Assembly: GCA_052031065.1 (NCBI GenBank)
Contig: JBPEXY010000261.1
Location: 833-64,832, forward strand
DNA from: Immundisolibacteraceae bacterium
GTDB taxonomy: Bacteria > Pseudomonadota > Gammaproteobacteria > Immundisolibacterales > Immundisolibacteraceae
DNA length: 64,000 nt
Direction of reading: 5' to 3'
Every line of letters begins with the position of its first letter. Within the stretch, counting starts at the first letter, position 1. The translations under genes were made by a program, and so were the position numbers. Below are positions 1 through 9,764 of this stretch, one piece after another. Under the pieces are notes generated by a model. The model had not been told where the DNA came from, did not search any database, and saw nothing but the letters and a program-made list of their open reading frames with translations.

Positions 1-85
1 GATCCAGCCCCAGCAGAGTAAAGGTGATGCTGATCACCACCAGCACCGCGATATTGGTCAGCGCAAACAGCACAACTCTCTGCAT
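1..85 (-). CDS. htpX: Protease HtpX, first 28 codons only (gene runs off the left edge)
   Basis: Reverse complement of 1-85 reads MQRVVLFALTNIAVLVVISITFTLLGLD. This closely resembles the conserved HtpX N-terminus (E. coli MMRIALFLLTNLAVMVV...). It is too short to appear in the ORF track. Confidence 0.7.
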   Translation of the reverse strand, partial: MQRVVLFALTNIAVLVVISITFTLLGLD

Positions 86-253
86 ATCAGTTATTCCCGC
101 GATCTTCAGTTTGATTTACGTTAGTGTGAACTAGCCGGACAGGCTCCAGCACCAGTTTTTTGCAACTCACTCTCGCGCCGGAATTAAGGTCCACATTTAC
201 ATCCAGAGCAACGCCTGCGTTTTAACTGCCTTTACCTGCAGCTTCGCTCTTCC

Positions 254-280
254 TATATATTTCTCTTTATATATTTCTCT
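254..280. repeat. Perfect tandem direct repeat TATATATTTCTCT x2 (14-bp period) in the htpX/hydrolase divergent intergenic region
   Basis: Read directly: 254-266 and 268-280 are identical, separated by a single T. Confidence 0.9.
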
Positions 281-335
281 GGCCAGGCCAATTCAAGGCC
301 CAGAGCCACACCCATCACAAAATAGTGAGAACATC

Positions 336-1112
336 ATGAATAGTCCAGGTTCACCGCCGCCGGAATTCATCACTACTTCACAGGGGCGGCGCCTCGCCTA
401 TCATCGTCTGCCAGGCAAGTCTCCAGGCGTGCTCTTCTGCGGCGGCTTCATGTCGGACATGAGCGGTACCAAGGCACAGGCGCTGGAGTCTTTCTGCCGC
501 CACCATGGCCGAGCCTTTGTGCGCTTCGACTATTCCGGCCATGGCCAGTCCGGCGGCCAGTTCAGCGAAGGCACCATCGGCAGCTGGCGGGAAGACGCTC
601 TGGAGGTATTCGACCAGCTCACCGATGGGCCACAGGTCATAGTCGGTTCCAGCATGGGTGGCTGGATTAGCCTGTTACTGGCGATGGCGAGGCCGGAACG
701 GGTACAGGCGTTACTGTTACTGGCACCGGCGCCAGATTTCACACGAGAGATCTATACTGAGGAGCTCAATGACGATGACCGGGCTGCGCTTGAACAGCAA
801 GGTTTTGTGCTACGCCCCACCGAATATGGCGATCAGCCCTACACCATTACCAAAAAACTGATCAGCGATGGTGAGCAGTATCTGCTGTTGGAAAAAGATC
901 AGATCCCGGTCATCTGCCCAGTGGAGATTATCCATGGCATGGAGGATAGTGATGTCCACTGGCAGCGCTCGCTGCCACTGGTGGAAAAATTGCAGGGCGA
1001 CCAGGTCACGCTCCATTACATCAAACGCGGTGATCACCGACTCTCGGAAGCGGATGACCTGAAACGGATCTGCCTACTGGTAGAACAGCTTTGGCACCCC
1101 TATCCGAACTAA
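336..1112 (+). CDS. Alpha/beta-fold hydrolase
   Basis: 258 aa. It has a GSSMGG nucleophile elbow and a C-terminal acid and His (IHGMEDSDV, GDHRL) typical of alpha/beta hydrolases. Confidence 0.8.
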   Translation: MNSPGSPPPEFITTSQGRRLAYHRLPGKSPGVLFCGGFMSDMSGTKAQALESFCRHHGRAFVRFDYSGHGQSGGQFSEGTIGSWREDALEVFDQLTDGPQVIVGSSMGGWISLLLAMARPERVQALLLLAPAPDFTREIYTEELNDDDRAALEQQGFVLRPTEYGDQPYTITKKLISDGEQYLLLEKDQIPVICPVEIIHGMEDSDVHWQRSLPLVEKLQGDQVTLHYIKRGDHRLSEADDLKRICLLVEQLWHPYPN

Positions 1113-1230
1113 TCAGAAGTTGTGGTTGCCGCAACCCAAAGGTTTCGGTTGAATAGGCGAATCGGCGATGTCTTCATAAAGAAAAAATCAGACCTGTTTC
1201 CGTCGCTGCATCTGGAGAGGAGCATAGACC

Positions 1231-2898
1231 ATGGCAATTGACCTGATCATCCGTAATGGCACCATTATCGACGGCAGCGGCCGCCCCGGTTTTGTTGGCG
1301 ATCTGGCCATCAGTGGAGACACCATTAGCGAAATTGGTAGAGTTGATGCCGGTGCTGCAACGCAGATCGACGCCAGCGGCAAAATAGTCGCGCCGGGGTT
1401 TGTCGATCCACATACCCACTACGATGCCCAGTTAAGCTGGGATCAACAGGTCACGCCGTCCTCATGGCACGGAGTCACCACCGCTGTAATCGGCAACTGT
1501 GGTGTTGGCATCGCCCCCTGTCGCCCGGACGATCGCCCACTGGCTATTACCGACCTGGTCAACGTCGAAGCGATACCGGAAAACGTATTGCAGGCAGGTA
1601 TCGACTGGCGCTGGGAGAGCTTCACGGAGTTTATGCAGGCAACCGTCTCCGCCGGCGTCGCCATCAACATCGGTTTTATGGTTCCGCTGTCGCCTCTGCG
1701 GACCTTTGTGCTCGGTACTGCAGCTAGCGACCGAGCGGCAACAGCCTCTGAAACAGACACCATCGCCGGCCTCCTTGCTGAATCGGTGGAAGCCGGGGCG
1801 CTGGGTTTCAGCAGCTCCCAGCAACCCAACCATATCGGTCATCACGGCAAACCACTGGCCAGCCGCCTGACCAGCGACGATGAATTCCGTCGCTATGCCC
1901 AGGTGCTCAAAACCAGCCGCCGCGGAGCGGTGGAGATCGCGGTTACTAAACAGCTCGCCCATCTCGCTGACGATGAGTTCGATCTGCTGGAAATGCTGCT
2001 TGACCAAAGTGGTCGCCATGTCAGCTGGCTGACGCTACTCGATTTAAACGGCGCTCCAAGTGCCGCCTGGAACTCCCTAGACAAGGCGGCACCACTGGCA
2101 CAAAGAGGCTGCTATGCACAAACGGTGATCCGGCCATTTCTGGCTGATGCGGACCTGCACAACCCGTTCATGTTTGCCACCCTCCCTGGCTGGGGTCCAG
2201 TGTTTAATCAGAGCACCGAGAAACAGATGGAGATCTTTGCGCAGGCCGGCTTCCGCCGCCAGTTCAAAGAAGAGATGGCGGGTCCAGGAAACGCCGTCAA
2301 CGACTGGAACCTTTTTGAGGTACAAAAAGTCACTAATCCAGCGCTCGCTCACCTGGTTGGACAGACCGTCCAGCAGATCGCAGACGAGCAGGGCATAGAC
2401 GGCTGTGACGCGCTGCTCGATCTGGCCATTGCCGATGATGTGCAGAGCCGATTCACCGTAGCCGTAGCCAATTCCGATGACCAGCGGCTGAAAAACCTGA
2501 TTTGTGACGAACGGGTGCGCATCGGCCTTGCCGACGGCGGTGCCCACGTCGATATGCTTGGCGAAGCCGGCTACCCGACCTACCTGCTTGGCTACTGGGT
2601 CCGCGAGCGGGGCGTCATGTCTCTGGAGCGCGCCGTTCAGCGGATCACCAGCGAACCAGCGGAACTGTTTGGCATTAGCGACCGCGGCCGCTTGCAAGAA
2701 GGACTGAAAGCGGACGTGGTGGTGTTTGATGCCGGCCAGGTGGGTTCAGACCGCCGCCCGCATCTGGTGGATGATCTGCCAGAAGGAGGAGTCAGAATGG
2801 TGACCGAGGCCCGCGGTATCGAACATGTCATCGTTAACGGCGTGCCGATTCTCTCAGCGGGCTCGATTACCGGCTCGCTTCCCGGCCGCATCGCCTGA
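1231..2898 (+). CDS. N-acyl-D-amino-acid deacylase (D-aminoacylase) family amidohydrolase
   Basis: 555 aa. The N-terminus is DLIIRNGTIIDGSG followed by the GFVDPHTHYD metal-binding HxH motif. A GGAGAGGAG RBS lies 8 nt upstream. Confidence 0.8.
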   Translation: MAIDLIIRNGTIIDGSGRPGFVGDLAISGDTISEIGRVDAGAATQIDASGKIVAPGFVDPHTHYDAQLSWDQQVTPSSWHGVTTAVIGNCGVGIAPCRPDDRPLAITDLVNVEAIPENVLQAGIDWRWESFTEFMQATVSAGVAINIGFMVPLSPLRTFVLGTAASDRAATASETDTIAGLLAESVEAGALGFSSSQQPNHIGHHGKPLASRLTSDDEFRRYAQVLKTSRRGAVEIAVTKQLAHLADDEFDLLEMLLDQSGRHVSWLTLLDLNGAPSAAWNSLDKAAPLAQRGCYAQTVIRPFLADADLHNPFMFATLPGWGPVFNQSTEKQMEIFAQAGFRRQFKEEMAGPGNAVNDWNLFEVQKVTNPALAHLVGQTVQQIADEQGIDGCDALLDLAIADDVQSRFTVAVANSDDQRLKNLICDERVRIGLADGGAHVDMLGEAGYPTYLLGYWVRERGVMSLERAVQRITSEPAELFGISDRGRLQEGLKADVVVFDAGQVGSDRRPHLVDDLPEGGVRMVTEARGIEHVIVNGVPILSAGSITGSLPGRIA

Positions 2899-2967
2899 AA
2901 CAAATTTGAATTGACGACAGCTCCCTGAATCCGCTGCTGATCTCCACACTCTTCTTTGGACCGGCCG

Positions 2968-3576
2968 ATGATCCAGCTCTATGCATTCCCGCTCTCCGGC
3001 AATAGCCGTAAAGTTCTACTGACCCTTGAAGAGATCGGCATCGACTATCAGTTCGAGCAGATCAACCTGATGCAGGGCGAACAGAAACGGGATGCCTATC
3101 TGGCTATCAACCCCAACGGCAAGGTACCGGCAGTGCGCGATGGCGAGTTACTTCTCTGGGAGTCATCGGCGATCATGCTCTATCTGGCGGAAAAATTTCC
3201 GCATAGCGGCCTGCTGCCAACTGATCCGCTGCAGCGGGCAAAGCTCTACCAGTGGCTGACCTGGCAGCCCGGAACCTACAACCCACCACTCAGCGCGCTT
3301 AACGCGGAAATGGTCTTTAAGCCACCCGGCCAACAGAGTCCGGAGAGAATCGCTGAACTAAAAGCAACGGTCGAAGCCAACAACCTGATCATCGATAAAC
3401 AGCTGGGTGAAAAAGAGTATTTGCTGGACACTTTTTCCCTGGCTGACATTGTCATGCTGCCCCATCTCAGCGCTGCAGCCGACCGCGGCTGTAATCTCTC
3501 CACCAGGATCGCGGTATATTTAAACCGCCTGCGGGAAAGGGAAAGCTGGCAAAAAGTCAGTACCATGGCCACCTGA
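2968..3576 (+). CDS. Glutathione S-transferase
   Basis: The N-terminal thioredoxin-like GST fold is visible (MIQLYAFPLSGNSRKV, NPNGKVPAV, ESSAIMLYL). The ORF track starts at TTG 2956; the ATG at 2968 matches the usual GST N-terminus better. Confidence 0.8.
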   Translation: MIQLYAFPLSGNSRKVLLTLEEIGIDYQFEQINLMQGEQKRDAYLAINPNGKVPAVRDGELLLWESSAIMLYLAEKFPHSGLLPTDPLQRAKLYQWLTWQPGTYNPPLSALNAEMVFKPPGQQSPERIAELKATVEANNLIIDKQLGEKEYLLDTFSLADIVMLPHLSAAADRGCNLSTRIAVYLNRLRERESWQKVSTMAT

Positions 3577-3628
3577 ACCAAACGAACACCCATATCGACT
3601 GAGCAACCAGAATACTCTTCCCCTGCAA

Positions 3629-5005
3629 ATGTCTGAACTGATCTCAAACCCGATTGCGTCAGCAATGGTAATCGGCGTACTGGCGGCACTGTTGGCGGTC
3701 GCCATTAGCCTGCTCGCATACCAGCATAACTCTAGTCAACGGAGCTCCCGAGAGCTGCAGCAGTTAGCCCGGTTACTGGAACAGGCGCTGGACGAGAATG
3801 CCGCTATTCCAACGGAATCACTCGACCTTGGCGATGAGATCAGTGCATTAACGGTGCCAATCAACAAACTGCTAGAGGCACGCGCGGCGGAAAGCTACGA
3901 TCGTCAACAACTGATGACGGAGCTGGCCAAGGGACTGAACCACAACATGAACAATCTGCTGTTCGGTATCCTCGGTGCCGCGCAGTTAATCCGGCGTCAC
4001 AGCAGTGATAACGATATCCAAAAATGGGCAGAAACGATTGGCAGCGACGGTCGCAAGCTGACTGAACTGATTCGCGAGCTGACGGATGCGGTAACCGGGC
4101 AAACCGACCAGTCACCGGAAACCGTCGACCTCAATGAACTGGTGGAGAACCTGGTGATGGAGCAGCTGCCGGGGTGGCAAGATGAATTTGCCGGAAGTAA
4201 TCTGCCCTTTGAATTTCACTCCTTTACCGCCAGGCAACTCCCTTCGATCAGGGCGAACCGTTCCGGACTGCGCAAGTTGCTGTTGGTTCTGCTATCCAAC
4301 GCCAGAGATGCCCTCGTCAGCGGCGGCAATATCTGGCTTACCACTGCGGAAACCTCTCCCGGAGAGATCAGTCTGACCGTCCGTGACGATGGAGTAGGCA
4401 TGGATGCTGAAACCCGCAGAAGGGTATTCGACCCCTTTTTTACTACCAAAAAGGGCATTGGCACCGGACTCGGCCTGTCGACGGTACTGACCACGGTGAT
4501 GCGCTGGGACGGCACCGTTTCTGTTGTCAGCGAGCCCGGCGGTGGCACCACCTTTACGGTGACCTTCCCGGTCAGAGAGCCCACTGAAGTGCCTGCGATA
4601 AGCATCCAGTCTGTTCCTGACCGGGCGAGAATTTTTGTGGTGGACGATCAACCAGTTATCGGTGAAGTAATCCGCAGCGCGCTGCAGGAGCGCTATGACG
4701 TAAGCGTCTGCCAGGATGCCGAATCGGCGCTGAGAATGTTCAAACCGGGGCGCTGGGATATTGCCATGATTGACCTCGGGTTACCCGGCCTCAGCGGCGA
4801 ACAGCTGGCGCGTCGGCTGAAAGAGAGCGATGAAAACCTGATCCGCATTTTGATGACCGGCTGGGTCCTTGATAGCAATGATCCACGACGGGAACAGTTT
4901 GAATTTCATCTGCAGAAGCCAGTCGCCGACATCTCAGTACTTAATCAGGTGATAGAAAAAGCATTGGCGATGCGCGAACGCTCCCTGCTCAACCGCTCCA
5001 GCTAG
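3629..5005 (+). CDS. Hybrid sensor histidine kinase / response regulator (1 TM, DHp-CA-REC)
   Basis: There is one N-terminal TM helix, an H-box LNHNMNNLLFGILG, and the HATPase motifs NARDA, DDGVGM and GIGTGLGLS. The C-terminal receiver reads IFVVDDQP...DIAMIDLGLPGLSG...K. Confidence 0.85.
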   Translation: MSELISNPIASAMVIGVLAALLAVAISLLAYQHNSSQRSSRELQQLARLLEQALDENAAIPTESLDLGDEISALTVPINKLLEARAAESYDRQQLMTELAKGLNHNMNNLLFGILGAAQLIRRHSSDNDIQKWAETIGSDGRKLTELIRELTDAVTGQTDQSPETVDLNELVENLVMEQLPGWQDEFAGSNLPFEFHSFTARQLPSIRANRSGLRKLLLVLLSNARDALVSGGNIWLTTAETSPGEISLTVRDDGVGMDAETRRRVFDPFFTTKKGIGTGLGLSTVLTTVMRWDGTVSVVSEPGGGTTFTVTFPVREPTEVPAISIQSVPDRARIFVVDDQPVIGEVIRSALQERYDVSVCQDAESALRMFKPGRWDIAMIDLGLPGLSGEQLARRLKESDENLIRILMTGWVLDSNDPRREQFEFHLQKPVADISVLNQVIEKALAMRERSLLNRSS

Positions 5006-5020
5006 ACTCTTCTCCGGTAC

Positions 5021-8000
5021 CTATTCCAGCTCGCAGACCAGATCGCCCGCCACCAGTTCACTGCCTACATCCAGCGGCAACCGCTGCACCACCCCGGCGC
5101 GTGGCGCAACAACCACATTGAGCATTTTCATTGCTTCAGTGGTGAGCAGCTTGTCGCCCTCAGCCACCTCATCTCCAGCGGAGACATGAAGCTCGACAAT
5201 GACCCCCGGCATCGGCGCGCCAATATGGTTATCGTTAAGCGGATCAGCCGGTTCATGACTCTCCACCTCCACTGCCGCAGAGCGATCAATCAACCGCAAA
5301 TCACGGCGACGACCATTGAGCTCAAAAAATATCTGCCGATAGCCACCCTCTTCCAGCTCGCCGATAGCCACCAGCTTGATGATCAACGTCTTACCCGGCT
5401 CAATTTCGATGAAATACTCCTCACCGATGGTCAGACCATAGAAAAACGCTGCCGTGTCAAGCACCGAAACATCGCCAAAACGCTGCTCAAACAGCGCGTA
5501 TTCGCGAAAAATTTTCGGATAGAGCGCGGCTGAAATCAGCTCCTGCGTGGTCGGCTGGCGTCCCAGCAGCTGGTTCAGATCAGCAGCGTCGGCATCGAAA
5601 TCCCAAGCTTCGAGAAGTTCACCGGGACGCACCTGAATCGGCTCCTCTTCACCACAAACAGCACGCTGCAGCGCCAACGGAAATCCCCCATCGGGCTGCC
5701 CCATCATGCCGCTGAGCAGACTGACAATAGAGTCGGGGAACGCCAGATCATGACCCTGGGCAATAACATCATCAGGAGTCAGGTCGTTCTGCACCATAAA
5801 CAGCGCCATGTCACCAACCGCTTTCGATGAAGGCGTTACCTTGATGATATCGCCGAGCATGTCGTTAACCGTGCGATACATCTGTTTGACTTCATTCCAG
5901 CGGTCGCCAAGACCCATGGAAATCGCCTGCGGCCGATAGTTGGAATACTGACCGCCCGGAATTTCATGTTCATAGACATCTGCACTACCGGCCTTCAACC
6001 CACACTCGAATGGAGCGTAGAGCGGTCTTACACTCTCCCAGTAATCGGCCAGCTGCTGTAACCCCTGGGCGTCGAGTCCCGGATCCCGGTCACTGCCACG
6101 CAGCGCCGCCTGCAGCGCATTCAGGGACGGCTGCGAAGTGATACCGGACATCGCACTCAACGCCGCATCAACAACATCAACCCCGGCCTCGGAAGCTGCC
6201 AGCAGACTGGCAACGCCATTGCCGCTGGTATCGTGGGTATGCAGGTGAACCGGAATGGTCAGCACATCTTTCAGCTCACTGACCAGAATGCGCGCCGCCG
6301 CTGGCCGCAGCAGGCCCGCCATGTCCTTGATCGCAAGAATATGGGCACCTGCCTGCTCGATCTCCCGCGCCCGCTGCAGGTAGTAGTCGAGGGTAAATTT
6401 CACCCGTTTGCCATCGGTGATATCACCGCTGTAGCAAATTGCCGCCTCGGCGATCTTGCCGTTCTCGGCTACCCGCTCAATACAGGGCCGCAGACCCTCT
6501 ACCCAGTTGAGACAGTCGAAGATACGAAACAGATCGATACCGGCGGTGGCTGCTTCATCAATGAACCGATTGACAACATTGTCGGGATAATTGGTATAGC
6601 CCACCGCATTACCGGAACGCAGCAGCATCTGTAACAGGCTGCCGGGCAGTTGCTCTCGTAATCGAGCCAAGCGCTGCCAGGGATCTTCGTGGAGGAAACG
6701 ATAGGCTACATCGAAGGTGGCACCGCCCCACATCTCAAACGAGAACAGATCACCACCGGCGATTGCGGTCGCTGGAGCAATCTGCATCAGATCGCGAGTC
6801 CGTACCCGGGTTGCCAACAGCGACTGATGGGCATCCCGGAAAGTGGTATCGGTCACCTGCAAACGCTGCTGTTCCATCAGCCAGCGGCTCAACCCTTCTG
6901 GCCCCTGCTGCTGGAACACCTCATAGGCAGGGGAGATTTTTGCCACCCCGGCCAGGGACGGCAATTGCGGCAAAGCTGGCGACTTAACAACCGCATCGGC
7001 CGCAATTCCGGGGAAACCGTGCAGTGCCAGTTCAGAAAAATAGCCCAGCAATTTGTTCGCCCGGTCCTGACGCGGCTTGAACTCCAGCAGCTCCGGATGA
7101 TTATCAATAAAAGTGGTATCACACCTGCCGGCCTGAAATGCCGGGTGTTCGAGCAGGTTCTCCAGAAACGGAATATTGGTCTTCACGCCACGGATTCGAA
7201 ACTCCCGTATCGCCCGCAGCCCCTTGGCAACCGCCTGGTCGTAATCCAGCGCCCAGGAACAGACCTTGATTAGCAACGAGTCGTAGTAGGGTGAAATCAC
7301 CGCACCGTCGAAACCGGCACCCACATCGAGGCGAATGCCGAACCCTTCAGCCGGTCGGAAGGTGGTGATCTGCCCCGAGTCGGGGGCAAAGCCGTTGCCG
7401 GCATCTTCGGTGGTGAGCCTCAGTTGCAGACAGTAGCCGCTTTTTTTAACCGCTGCCTGGTCGGCAATACGAATGGTGTCATCATGCAGCGGATACCCCT
7501 GGGCCACATGAATCTGCGCCTGCACCAGATCGCGCCCGGTGATCACCTCGGTGATGGTGTGCTCCACCTGAATACGTGGGTTGACCTCGATAAAGTAGTG
7601 GCGCCCTTCCGCATCGAAAAGGAATTCAACGGTACCGGCATTGCTGTAATCCACCTGGCGACAGATCGCCAGCGCGTCACGGTAAATTGCCTGCCGCTGC
7701 TTGTCAGTCAGGTTGAGCGCCGGAGCTACTTCAACCACCTTCTGGTGACGCCGCTGCACCGAGCAGTCACGCTCAAACAGATGCACCAGGTTGCCGTAGC
7801 GATCGCCAAGTACCTGCACTTCAATGTGTCGTGGCTGGCGTAGATAGCGCTCAAGAAAAATGGTCGCGTCACCAAAAGCCGATTCCGCCTCTGACCGGCA
7901 TTTCGCCATGGCAGCGACGAGCTCATCGTCACTCTCAACTACAGCCATACCGCGCCCACCGCCGCCCATGGCGGCTTTGACCATCAGCGGGTAGCCAGCC

Positions 8001-8473
8001 TCGGCGGCGAAAGCCAGTGCCTGGTCATCGCTTGCAATGGCATCTTCGGTGCCCGGAATAGTCGGCAAACCGGCCTGCTGCGCTGCGTGCCGAGCTTTGA
8101 CCTTATCCCCAAGGGCATCCAGCACATCGGCAGATGGACCAATAAAGGTGATACCCGCAGCCTCACAGGCGCGCGCAAACCCACTGTTCTCAGACAGAAA
8201 ACCATAACCGGGATGGATTGCATCCACCTCTTTTGCCAACGCCAACTCGATAATCTCATCGTATTCGAGGTAGGCCGCCAGCGGTGACTTGCCCTTGCCA
8301 ACCTGATAGGCCTCATCCGCTTTATAACGGTGCAGATGGAGCCGATCCTCATGGGAGTAGATAGCGACAGTAGAAATGCCAAGCTCGGTACAGGCACGAA
8401 AGACCCGAATGGCAATTTCGCCCCGGTTGGCAACCAGTATTTTTCTGAAAGGTTTGATCTTTACAGCGCTCAT
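5021..8473 (-). CDS. pyc: Pyruvate carboxylase, single-chain
   Basis: 1150 aa. It has an N-terminal biotin carboxylase domain (KILVANRGEIAIRVFRA), a central carboxyltransferase TIM barrel, and a C-terminal biotinyl domain with the EAMKM motif. Confidence 0.93.
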   Translation of the reverse strand: MSAVKIKPFRKILVANRGEIAIRVFRACTELGISTVAIYSHEDRLHLHRYKADEAYQVGKGKSPLAAYLEYDEIIELALAKEVDAIHPGYGFLSENSGFARACEAAGITFIGPSADVLDALGDKVKARHAAQQAGLPTIPGTEDAIASDDQALAFAAEAGYPLMVKAAMGGGGRGMAVVESDDELVAAMAKCRSEAESAFGDATIFLERYLRQPRHIEVQVLGDRYGNLVHLFERDCSVQRRHQKVVEVAPALNLTDKQRQAIYRDALAICRQVDYSNAGTVEFLFDAEGRHYFIEVNPRIQVEHTITEVITGRDLVQAQIHVAQGYPLHDDTIRIADQAAVKKSGYCLQLRLTTEDAGNGFAPDSGQITTFRPAEGFGIRLDVGAGFDGAVISPYYDSLLIKVCSWALDYDQAVAKGLRAIREFRIRGVKTNIPFLENLLEHPAFQAGRCDTTFIDNHPELLEFKPRQDRANKLLGYFSELALHGFPGIAADAVVKSPALPQLPSLAGVAKISPAYEVFQQQGPEGLSRWLMEQQRLQVTDTTFRDAHQSLLATRVRTRDLMQIAPATAIAGGDLFSFEMWGGATFDVAYRFLHEDPWQRLARLREQLPGSLLQMLLRSGNAVGYTNYPDNVVNRFIDEAATAGIDLFRIFDCLNWVEGLRPCIERVAENGKIAEAAICYSGDITDGKRVKFTLDYYLQRAREIEQAGAHILAIKDMAGLLRPAAARILVSELKDVLTIPVHLHTHDTSGNGVASLLAASEAGVDVVDAALSAMSGITSQPSLNALQAALRGSDRDPGLDAQGLQQLADYWESVRPLYAPFECGLKAGSADVYEHEIPGGQYSNYRPQAISMGLGDRWNEVKQMYRTVNDMLGDIIKVTPSSKAVGDMALFMVQNDLTPDDVIAQGHDLAFPDSIVSLLSGMMGQPDGGFPLALQRAVCGEEEPIQVRPGELLEAWDFDADAADLNQLLGRQPTTQELISAALYPKIFREYALFEQRFGDVSVLDTAAFFYGLTIGEEYFIEIEPGKTLIIKLVAIGELEEGGYRQIFFELNGRRRDLRLIDRSAAVEVESHEPADPLNDNHIGAPMPGVIVELHVSAGDEVAEGDKLLTTEAMKMLNVVVAPRAGVVQRLPLDVGSELVAGDLVCELE

Positions 8474-8680
8474 CTATTCCTCAGCTTAATGGTGGCACCT
8501 GGCGTATGGCAGTCAGCCCTTCCTACCAGCTCATTACAACTTACAATTTAACAGTCGGGCAGTTATCCCAGCCAGACCAGGCACATATAATGATACTGAC
8601 CCGCCATACTCTCGCCACCTCAGCACCAGCCTGACGCCCCCCGCAACAGACCTGCCGGACCGACTCAGCCGCGCCCGGTT

Positions 8681-9481
8681 TCAGTCGGGCCATCGAGGCT
8701 TTCGTTTGTTCAAGAAAGCGTCAATCCCCTCCAGCGCAGCGGGTTTATCGAGGCCGTTCACCATCTCCGCCGATGCCAGCTGATAAGCGCTTTCTATCGA
8801 CATTTCGCACTGTTGGTAATAACCCTGTTTGCCTGTGGCGATACAACTGGTCGGTTTTTCAGCAATCAACCGAGCCAGTGCGGTTGTACGCAACGGCAGC
8901 TCATGGTCCTCAACCAGGTCACTGATCAGCCCTACTTGCAGTGCCTGCCTGGCATCAATGGCTTCTCCAGTCAGCAGCATCCTCAATGCCTGCTTGTGGC
9001 CAACCGCCCGACTCAGCGCCACCGCTGGCGTGGAGCAGAACAGGCCAATATCGACACCGGGGGTGGCAAACTTTGCCGATTTAGCGGCAACGGCAAGATC
9101 ACAACTGGCCACCAGCTGACACCCCGCAGCAGTCGCTACCCCGTGAACACTGGCAATCACCGGTTGTGGAATTTGCCCAATCAGCAGCATCAGCTCACTA
9201 CAGAGCGCTAACAGATCCATCCGTTGGGCCGCAGTCATCGCGACCAGTTCCTGCAGGTCATGACCAGCACAAAATGCCGGGCCATTAGCTTCAATAACGA
9301 CAACTTTAAGGTCACCGCCACCCTGTAACTCCTGTAACCTCGACCGCATCAGTGTCAGCAGTTCGCTATTCAGAGGGTTACGTTGGCGGGGACGATTGAG
9401 TGTCAGATAACAGACCCCACTATCACGTCGCTCCAGTAACGGGGCCGAATCCCCACTATTTGTCACACCCATAAGCTGCAC
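8681..9481 (-). CDS. Enoyl-CoA hydratase/isomerase (crotonase) family protein
   Basis: 266 aa. Crotonase motifs are present: YLTLNRPRQRNPL, the FCAGHDL oxyanion region and TPGVDIGLF. Confidence 0.85.
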   Translation of the reverse strand: MQLMGVTNSGDSAPLLERRDSGVCYLTLNRPRQRNPLNSELLTLMRSRLQELQGGGDLKVVVIEANGPAFCAGHDLQELVAMTAAQRMDLLALCSELMLLIGQIPQPVIASVHGVATAAGCQLVASCDLAVAAKSAKFATPGVDIGLFCSTPAVALSRAVGHKQALRMLLTGEAIDARQALQVGLISDLVEDHELPLRTTALARLIAEKPTSCIATGKQGYYQQCEMSIESAYQLASAEMVNGLDKPAALEGIDAFLNKRKPRWPD

Positions 9482-9764
9482 CGGAATTAATAACCGTTAA
9501 TCGGCTAACAGAGTTACCCATAGCAACCATTTTAGCCCTTCTCGAACAGCAATAACGCAAACCAGCCGCAGGTAAAAACGACTGGTTCAACAAAAACGGG
9601 GCGTAGTAGACTTACGACACGAACGATCGTTTAGCCTAAGGCCGAAGCCGGACACGCCGTTAATAAAACAACAGACTGAACCAACGCGCCTGGCGCGGTA
9701 CTCCAATACTCCTGTCTCCGGCCGGTCATGTGCACAACCCAGTGGTACCTAGTGGAGAGAACCA

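Noticed and set aside
2077-2697. Long antisense shadow ORFs inside confident genes. Examples are 2077-2697(-), 6689-7273(+), 32679-33269(-), 34784-35347(-), 38439-39017(+), 39577-40089(+), 43517-44068(-), 53459-54118(+) and 60488-60994(-).
   Set aside because: Each lies entirely within a longer ORF on the opposite strand that has clear family motifs. Their translations are low-complexity and rich in Arg, Pro, Gly and Ala, as expected for antisense frames of GC-rich coding DNA.
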